Shown: piece by piece, positions 8,520 through 13,995 of the stretch
Layout: every line of letters starts with the position of its first letter
Position numbering within the stretch: the stretch's first letter is position 1
NCBI GenBank assembly: GCA_963743595.1
Contig: CAVURW010000209.1
Location: forward strand, 1-13,995
Direction: 5' to 3'
DNA: 13,995 nucleotides
Source of the DNA: an uncultured Verrucomicrobiae bacterium
GTDB taxonomy: Bacteria; Verrucomicrobiota; Verrucomicrobiia; Methylacidiphilales; UBA1321
The notes under the pieces: model-generated
What the model was told of the DNA's origin: nothing
Database searches by the model: none
The model's input: only the letters and a program-made list of their open reading frames with translations
Position numbers and translations under genes: made by a program

Positions 8520-9064
8520 ATAGAATATACCGACGCTACAGTCTGCCCGCTAACCTAAGGAGGTCAGGCGAGCCGACATCTTTTCGAGCGAGGTGATCGT
8601 GAGGCGTATCGCGTGTCTCTCAGAGACTGCGGTGCACCACGGTTTTCGCCCTCCCACATGCCTACGGAGTTAGCTGACGGGCTGGATCTTGGAAGTGATC
8701 CTCTGGCGGTTTTTCCACCAGATTTGCCCCATCCTTTGGGCGGGTTTTGGATTGAGATTCACCGGGTGCTTGGCCGGGAAAAGTCAGGTCCGAAATGCTC
8801 AAAGGAGTTTGGTTCCCCCGCGCTCGATCTTGGAACAGGATCGACGCTTAGGCGGCTGACCTGACGAGTTCTACATGCAAACAAGGTACTGGAAGAGTTA
8901 CAAAAATGCAAGTTGACACGGCTCTCAAGCTGGTCGGGAAACGTGTGAGAACCGGGCGAGAGCAGGAGTGTACTTAATTAGATATACTAATATTAGAAGA
9001 TCTCGTCTGCCGCCCGCGCCAACCTGTTATCGACGAATCGCCCGCCTCCCGCTACGTTTTCCCC

Positions 9065-10195
9065 ATGGGCCCGCGCAGGATCGTTTGGTTTCTTTGGAGC
9101 ATCGCCGCCTTGGCGCTGATCATCTGGGCTCGCGAGAGCTTTTTTCGTGAGTCGCTCCTGGAGCTCCAGTGGCGTCGAACGGGAGTGCCCACAGCGGCAT
9201 TTGGCGGGCTTTCCATCGATAAAGAGGGGCAAGTAGCGCTCTCCTATAATAACCAGTTTTCCGTCTACGACATCAAATCGGCTCAATGGCAGACGGTTGC
9301 GACAACTATTCCAGCCGATTATGTTCCCCGCACGAATCTCTCGAATGGGTTGATTCTTTGCCTCAGAAACTCTTCCGGCTACACCTCGGTGACTTATGGC
9401 GGTGGTCGCTCGCTAGTCAGCGGCTCGATTGTGACGACAAGCATATCGACGACGATATCCGTGCCCTCCCTCTCGCCTGCACCGAAGACGCCTCAAATCT
9501 ACCTAATAGATGAGGACAAGAAAACGGGTAGTTACGCCAAGGGGCCTAACTACGACTTCTCCGGTAGCCCCTTTATTGCGCTCAAAGACGGACGGGTGCT
9601 TTTTATCGATTCTTCCAAGAACTGCAGCGTTTATGACCCGGTGGCTGGTACATGGACAGATGCACCGGGAACCGCTCTTGGGACCCCAATCCTCACGTTA
9701 ATGGAGGATGGACGCGTTTTCCTGATGACTGGAAGTGACGCTTCCATTTTCGATCCTAAAACGATGAAATGGAGCGCCGTTAGCCCACTACCAACCGCTA
9801 TGGGAATCGTTCGCGGGGGAGTGAGTCTTGCAGATGGGAAGGTCATGGCGCTAGGGGATCATGGCCGTTCCAATTACGATCCGCGCCCCAATTCGTGGGA
9901 TCCGGTCGCGCCCGGCCATTACTCGGATACACCGTATTGCGGACGCTTACGTTCAGGTCGGGTGGTTTATTTAGGACTGGAAACACGGCCCGGACTATTT
10001 GGGCCCGCTTCGGACATCTTGTGCAAATTGTTTGATGAAAAAAGCAAGCTGGATCAAGAGGTTCGCCTGCCTCCTGAAGTTCAATACCTCTACGGAGCGC
10101 TGATGCTACCCAACGGTAAATTTATGGTGATGGGAATAAGCCAATCCTCAAATCCATGCTGTTGGTTAGTCGACGAATTGCCAGCAGAGAAGTAG
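9065..10195 (+). CDS. Signal-anchored Kelch-repeat beta-propeller protein (paralog 1)
   Basis: 376-aa ORF with an N-terminal hydrophobic segment 'IVWFLWSIAALALIIW'. It shows recurring blade motifs of the Kelch type: 'LKDGRVLFID...YDPVAGTWTDAPG', 'LMEDGRVFLMTG...FDPKTMKWSAVSPLP', 'LADGKVMALGD...YDPRPNSWDPVAPG', 'LRSGRVVYLG'. A NanM-like mutarotase or another Kelch propeller is possible; function is unassigned. Confidence 0.8.
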   Translation: MGPRRIVWFLWSIAALALIIWARESFFRESLLELQWRRTGVPTAAFGGLSIDKEGQVALSYNNQFSVYDIKSAQWQTVATTIPADYVPRTNLSNGLILCLRNSSGYTSVTYGGGRSLVSGSIVTTSISTTISVPSLSPAPKTPQIYLIDEDKKTGSYAKGPNYDFSGSPFIALKDGRVLFIDSSKNCSVYDPVAGTWTDAPGTALGTPILTLMEDGRVFLMTGSDASIFDPKTMKWSAVSPLPTAMGIVRGGVSLADGKVMALGDHGRSNYDPRPNSWDPVAPGHYSDTPYCGRLRSGRVVYLGLETRPGLFGPASDILCKLFDEKSKLDQEVRLPPEVQYLYGALMLPNGKFMVMGISQSSNPCCWLVDELPAEK

Positions 10196-10205
10196 TGTAG
10201 CGTTC

Positions 10206-11375
10206 ATGAAACCGGGCTTGGCTACGCGACTAACACGAGATGCGATTCTCCTCGCCGTCGTTTTGTTGGGAGCCGTGCTCATCCGGTCCGCCCTCTTACC
10301 CGAGCAGATGAACATCGTCAAAACGGGCGACCTAAAAGCTCCCATGCTGGATGGTGCGTGGTTGCGTCTAGATGACGGGCGGTTCTTTGTTTTTGGTGCC
10401 ACCGCACCCCAAAGTCCGAATGAGACCTCGGAGAGTGGCACTGCGGAAATTTATGATCCGAAACGGGGCGAATGGTCGATGGTGCCCGGAAAGCTGAACA
10501 ACTTCCAGTTCGCCTCAGCGCTTTCCGGCGGCAGGGTGATTTGCGGCTTCTCAAATAAGACCGACGACTACTACCAGCTCTACAATACGACCGATAAGAA
10601 TTGGTCCAACATTCCCACGCCCCCCGGCAAGCTCGCCACGTACACGGCCCTGGATTGTCTTCAACTCAAATCGGGCGAGCTCCTCTTTGTCGGAGACTCC
10701 TCGGCAGTCGAGCAGATGGGCGAGAAAACGTGCGCGGAATATAACCTGAAGACGCGAACCTGGAAAAAAGTGGGCGATCTTATCCATATCCCCTCCCAAT
10801 CGTTCGGCATGATTTTGGAAGACAACGGAAAGGTGCTGAAATTTGGGATCGACGGCGAGGAAGAATTCGATCCCGCGAGCTACACGTGGAGCAGCAGCGT
10901 GCAAAGAGTTTCCATGCTGCCCGGACAACCCTTCATCCGCAGCCTAAACGAGAACGCCGAGACCGTCAGTTGGAACGTGAACACCCACGCGGAGCTTAAC
11001 CTCGGAATCCGCTCCTCCAATGCGCCCGCCACCATCTTAAAAAGTGGCCGCATCTGGGGCTGCGGCGGATTTATCCCGACCCACCAACTTCTCGTGCCGA
11101 TCCCGCTGATTTGGTTGAAAACCGAACCGGATGCCTTGCTCTCAGACAGTTGGTTGTTCGACCCGGCCACTAACCACGTTCAGTTCGGCTCGTTACTGCC
11201 AGAGCCCCGGTCCAATCACACCTTAATCACACTCGATGACGGACGCGTGGTCGTCTGCGGCGGCGTTTTGATGGCCGCCTTTAACCCGAACAAATCCAAC
11301 GACCCGATCAACCCGAGCGTCTTTAACACCGTTGCGACGAGAACCTGTTTTATCGTGAATCCCGAAGGTCAGTAG
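10206..11375 (+). CDS. Signal-anchored Kelch-repeat beta-propeller protein (paralog 2)
   Basis: 389-aa ORF that begins 10 nt after paralog 1 stops, consistent with an operon. It has an N-terminal hydrophobic segment 'ILLAVVLLGAVLI' and the same blade motifs: 'LDDGRFFVFG...YDPKRGEWSMVPG', 'LKSGELLFVGD...YNLKTRTWKKVGD', 'LEDNGKVLKFG...FDPASYTWS', 'LDDGRVVVCGG'. Confidence 0.8.
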   Translation: MKPGLATRLTRDAILLAVVLLGAVLIRSALLPEQMNIVKTGDLKAPMLDGAWLRLDDGRFFVFGATAPQSPNETSESGTAEIYDPKRGEWSMVPGKLNNFQFASALSGGRVICGFSNKTDDYYQLYNTTDKNWSNIPTPPGKLATYTALDCLQLKSGELLFVGDSSAVEQMGEKTCAEYNLKTRTWKKVGDLIHIPSQSFGMILEDNGKVLKFGIDGEEEFDPASYTWSSSVQRVSMLPGQPFIRSLNENAETVSWNVNTHAELNLGIRSSNAPATILKSGRIWGCGGFIPTHQLLVPIPLIWLKTEPDALLSDSWLFDPATNHVQFGSLLPEPRSNHTLITLDDGRVVVCGGVLMAAFNPNKSNDPINPSVFNTVATRTCFIVNPEGQ

Positions 11376-11381
11376 GCAACG

Positions 11382-12142
11382 GCAACGTGACGTTGCATCC
11401 AATAACCAGCGTGACGCTGGACCCTGTAGCCCTTTCGCTATCACGATGCCCCCTGTCTCTAGGCCCAGAGGCTAGCGTGACATTGGACCGAGTAGCGCTT
11501 TTCCTTTTCACGATGCCCTGTCTTTAGGCCCGGAGGCCAGCGTGACGCTGGACCCGGTAGCGATTTCGTTTTCACGATGCCCCCTGTCTTTAGGCCCGGA
11601 GGCCAGCGTGACGCTGGACCCGGTAGCGATTTTCCTTTTCACGATGCCCCCCTGTCTTTAGGCCCGGAGGCCAGCGTGACGCTGGACCCGGTAGCGATTT
11701 CGTTTTCACGATGCCCCCCCTGTCTTTAGGCCCGGAGGCCAGCGTGACGCTGGACCCGGTAGCGATTTCGTTTTCACGATGCCCCCCCTGTCTTTAGGCC
11801 CGGAGGCCAGCGTGACGCTGGACCCGGTAGCGATTTCGTTTTCACGATGCCCCCCTGTCCTTAGGCCCGGAGGCCAGCGTGACGCTGGACCCGGTAGCGA
11901 TTTCGTTTTCACGATGCCCCCCTGTCCTTAGGCCCGGAGGCCAGCGTGACGCTGGACCCGGTAGCGCTTTTCCTTTTCACGATGCCCCCCCCTGTCCTTA
12001 GGCCCGGAGGCCAGCGTGACGCTGGACCCGGTAGCGATTTCGCTTTCACGATGCCCCTGTCCTTAGGCCCGGAGGCCAGCGTGACGCTGGACCCGGTAGC
12101 GCTTTTCGTTTCCACGATGCCCCCTGTCTTTAGGCCCGGGGG
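11382..12142 (+). repeat. Tandem array of 11 head-to-tail copies of a 65-70-bp GC-rich unit (consensus ~CCAGCGTGACGCTGGACCCGGTAGCGATTTCGTTTTCACGATG(C)nTGTCTTTAGGCCCGGAGG), no spacers
   Basis: Direct reading: the hairpin core 'ccagcgtgacgctgg' recurs at 11406, 11472 (degenerate 'ctagcgtgacattgg'), 11537, 11603, 11671, 11739, 11807, 11874, 11941, 12011 and 12076. The periods are 66, 65, 66, 68, 68, 68, 67, 67, 70 and 65 bp. A degenerate half-unit 'gcaacgtgacgttgc' sits at 11387-11401, right after the Kelch-2 stop. The central units are identical and the edge units are degenerate. The poly-C tract per unit is 5,3,5,6,7,7,6,6,8,4,5 C's. The period is not a multiple of 3, so the array is non-coding. 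Confidence 0.95.
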
Positions 12143-12328
12143 TCGGCTTCAATGGTAGCCCAGCTCAAGGAGCGTAGCGACGCAGGGCTGGGTGTCATCA
12201 AACAAGCGTTTGCGGGCTGTAAGCTCGCGTCAAACCGTTTGATCGCGAACATGTCTTGAGCCCGCTTCGAATTTACACTTAATCTGTTAGCACTGAGGAC
12301 ATTGTCAGTTGGGCGATGAAGAAGATCG

Positions 12329-12838
12329 TTATTTGCCATCAGTTTTTCGATTTATAAATAGATCAACAACATCGATTGCATGTCCGATTTGGTGATCATC
12401 TTCGGTATCGCTTTCTTCTAAGACCCACCACAACCAGAGCTTTAAGGCGTTGAGTTCGTTTGCATCTAAACCCGAAAGCCGACTCGCAGATTCCATGAGA
12501 TCTTCGATTTTCTCGACGCGGTGCGCCAGGGACCAAAAGATGAAACTAACTATCGAGCTATCGGCTGCGTTTAGCCGCAACGTCGCTACCATTATCTTTG
12601 GAAGAAAATAACAAAATGCATCAGGTGTCAAAAAGCCTGATGCACCCCCTAAACGGTCGAGAGTTCGAATATCCACCACGCTCCAGTCGAGCGTGTCCAG
12701 CGCTATGATATCTGCCAAATCGGAATCAGAGATTTGTTTGGGTTGCGTCGGATCTTTGAAATAGAGGTGTTTAGGTCGAGGTCGGGCGACAAATGCCTTT
12801 TCGATTAGCGAAATCAATTCCCGCCTGTCACCGTTCAT
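12329..12838 (-). CDS. Hypothetical cytoplasmic protein, translationally coupled to the upstream degP/htrA-like gene
   Basis: 169-aa ORF with no signal peptide. Its ATG (12836-12838) overlaps the TAA stop of the upstream protease gene by one base (TAATG on the minus strand). It is noticeably lower in GC (~42-45% by spot counts) than its neighbours (~57%). No domain recognised by eye. Confidence 0.65.
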   Translation of the reverse strand: MNGDRRELISLIEKAFVARPRPKHLYFKDPTQPKQISDSDLADIIALDTLDWSVVDIRTLDRLGGASGFLTPDAFCYFLPKIMVATLRLNAADSSIVSFIFWSLAHRVEKIEDLMESASRLSGLDANELNALKLWLWWVLEESDTEDDHQIGHAIDVVDLFINRKTDGK

Positions 12839-13995
12839 TAATGCATCTTCGCCGCAGAGAGATTCACAAAACCGCCCGTGCCATCGTTGCCGTGGCTGAT
12901 CAGAAGCAAAACGCTTTCGCCCGGCTTTACGGTTTTCGCGAGGTCGTCAAAGTCCTTGGCGGTGGTGATGTCGTGGCCCGGACCGCGATTGACCCAGGCT
13001 TTTAAGATGAGGTCGCCGACTTGCACCTGGAGGTCTTTCGCCAGGCAATCATCGCTTAATGAAATGACGACCGCAGCGGGCTTTTTGTTCTCGGGATCGA
13101 TCTTGAATTTGTCCCGTGTTTTGTCGTTGAGATCATCCACCTTGATGCCCGAAACAACGGTTGCCTCGGTTGGCGTCGCTGGATGCTCGGCCGTCGGAAT
13201 CTGTTCCGGCTGACCCACACCACCCTTCGCGACCGCCTCCGTCAGTTGTCCGATTTTCACGCTGACGGTTGCTTGACGCCCATCACGAATGTAGCCGAGC
13301 GTGATCTGGTTCCCAATGGGGATTTGCGCGACCAACAACCGAAGTGCCGCTGGGCTGGTGACATGGTGACCGTCTACGGAAGTGATGAAATCGCCGGCGT
13401 GCAGTCCGGCATTTTGCGCGGGAGATCCATCCTCCACGGCATCGACCAGCGCCCCTTCATCCGTATCCAGACCCAATTGCTGGCGGACGTCATCCGACAA
13501 CTCTTTTTCATAGCGCACACCCAGGTAGCCGCGAACTAAGTAGCCATTCTTGATGAGGTCCACCACGGCGTACTTCGCGAGATTGCTCGGAATCGCAAAG
13601 CCGACGCCCATATTCACGCCGGTCGATGACGCGATCGCGGCGTTGATTCCCACCAGCTCGCCCTGACAATTCACCAGCGCTCCACCGGAATTGCCGGGGT
13701 TGATCGCCGCTGTCGTTTGAATGAAATCTTCATAGGACGACTCATTCAAATTCCGGCTCTTGGCACTGACAATTCCATTGCTGAAGGAATCGTTCAGGTT
13801 AAACGGATTCCCGGCGGCAAAGACCTGCTCGCCGATCTTGAGATTCTCAGAATCGCCCCATGGCAACGCGGGCAGTCCAGTGACATCGATTTTGATGACG
13901 GCCAAATCGACCGATTCATCCGAAGCGATGACCCGCGCCGAAAACTTGCGGTGATCGGTGAGCCGTACTTGAATCGATTCAGCTCCGGCCACGAC
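12838..13995 (-). CDS. DegP/HtrA-family periplasmic serine endoprotease with two PDZ domains (5' end beyond window; partial)
   Basis: The trypsin-like domain shows the catalytic Asp context 'DLAVIKID' and the catalytic Ser motif 'GNSGGALVN'. It is followed by two PDZ-like segments ('...GALVDAVEDGSPAQNAGLHAGDFITSVDG...' and '...AAVVISLSDDCLAKDLQVQVGDLILKAW...'). The ORF is open to the window edge, so the N-terminus including the catalytic His is expected upstream of 13995. Confidence 0.93.
   Translation of the reverse strand, partial: VVAGAESIQVRLTDHRKFSARVIASDESVDLAVIKIDVTGLPALPWGDSENLKIGEQVFAAGNPFNLNDSFSNGIVSAKSRNLNESSYEDFIQTTAAINPGNSGGALVNCQGELVGINAAIASSTGVNMGVGFAIPSNLAKYAVVDLIKNGYLVRGYLGVRYEKELSDDVRQQLGLDTDEGALVDAVEDGSPAQNAGLHAGDFITSVDGHHVTSPAALRLLVAQIPIGNQITLGYIRDGRQATVSVKIGQLTEAVAKGGVGQPEQIPTAEHPATPTEATVVSGIKVDDLNDKTRDKFKIDPENKKPAAVVISLSDDCLAKDLQVQVGDLILKAWVNRGPGHDITTAKDFDDLAKTVKPGESVLLLISHGNDGTGGFVNLSAAKMH

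Noticed and set aside
8557-8563. Strong Shine-Dalgarno-like 'aaggagg' on the plus strand
   Set aside because: There is no ATG/GTG/TTG at a 5-12-nt spacing downstream, the nearest GTG being ~30 nt away. It is likely a chance occurrence within the divergent promoter region.
8613-8864. 83-aa ORF in the flotillin/Kelch intergenic region
   Set aside because: It has no start context and a Pro/Gly/Leu-rich composition typical of random GC-rich ORFs. I see no paralog or motif. It is more likely non-coding regulatory DNA, so I kept it as part of an intergenic finding instead.
11382-12142. Possible CRISPR array. A CRISPR finder could split each 67-bp unit into a ~36-bp 'repeat' (ggcccggaggccagcgtgacgctggacccggtagcg) and a ~30-bp 'spacer'.
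   Set aside because: The would-be spacers are nearly identical to each other, differing only by C-tract length and a few T/C substitutions. True CRISPR spacers are unique. No cas genes are present in the window. I interpret it as a plain tandem repeat.
11706-12158. ORFs 11706-11912(-), 11909-12115(-) and 11946-12158(+) encoding repetitive peptides (KSLPGPASRWPPGLRTGG...)
   Set aside because: They lie entirely within the tandem array. The unit length (65-70 bp) is not a multiple of 3 and varies between copies, so the frame rotates and breaks. These are translation artefacts of repeated DNA.

Overview
This is a 13,995-bp window of moderately GC-rich bacterial chromosome (about 55-57% GC by spot counts). 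Coding density is high and almost no start codon has a recognisable Shine-Dalgarno motif. That is consistent with lineages such as Verrucomicrobia, Planctomycetes or Bacteroidetes, but the lineage is inference only. On the minus strand, from high to low coordinates, lie four genes: a large polytopic membrane protein (possibly a GT-C-like glycosyltransferase), guaA (GMP synthase), a SRPBCC/AHSA1-family protein, and a secreted GH5 glycoside hydrolase. On the plus strand sit two tandem, mutually paralogous small proteins with C-terminal CxxC...CxxC zinc-ribbon motifs. They converge on a 664-aa flotillin-like SPFH/Band-7 membrane protein that has a clear intrinsic terminator. A 545-bp intergenic region separates the flotillin gene from a divergently transcribed pair of paralogous, signal-anchored Kelch-type beta-propeller proteins. 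The most unusual element follows the second Kelch gene: a ~760-bp array of 11 head-to-tail copies of a 65-70-bp GC-rich unit. There are no spacers, so it is not a CRISPR array. Each unit carries an imperfect GC hairpin, a T-rich patch, and a poly-C tract that varies in length from 3 to 8 between copies. The array fills the gap between convergent genes. The window ends with a lower-GC 169-aa hypothetical gene whose ATG overlaps the stop codon (TAATG) of an upstream DegP/HtrA-family serine protease. That protease has two PDZ domains and its 5' end runs off the window.
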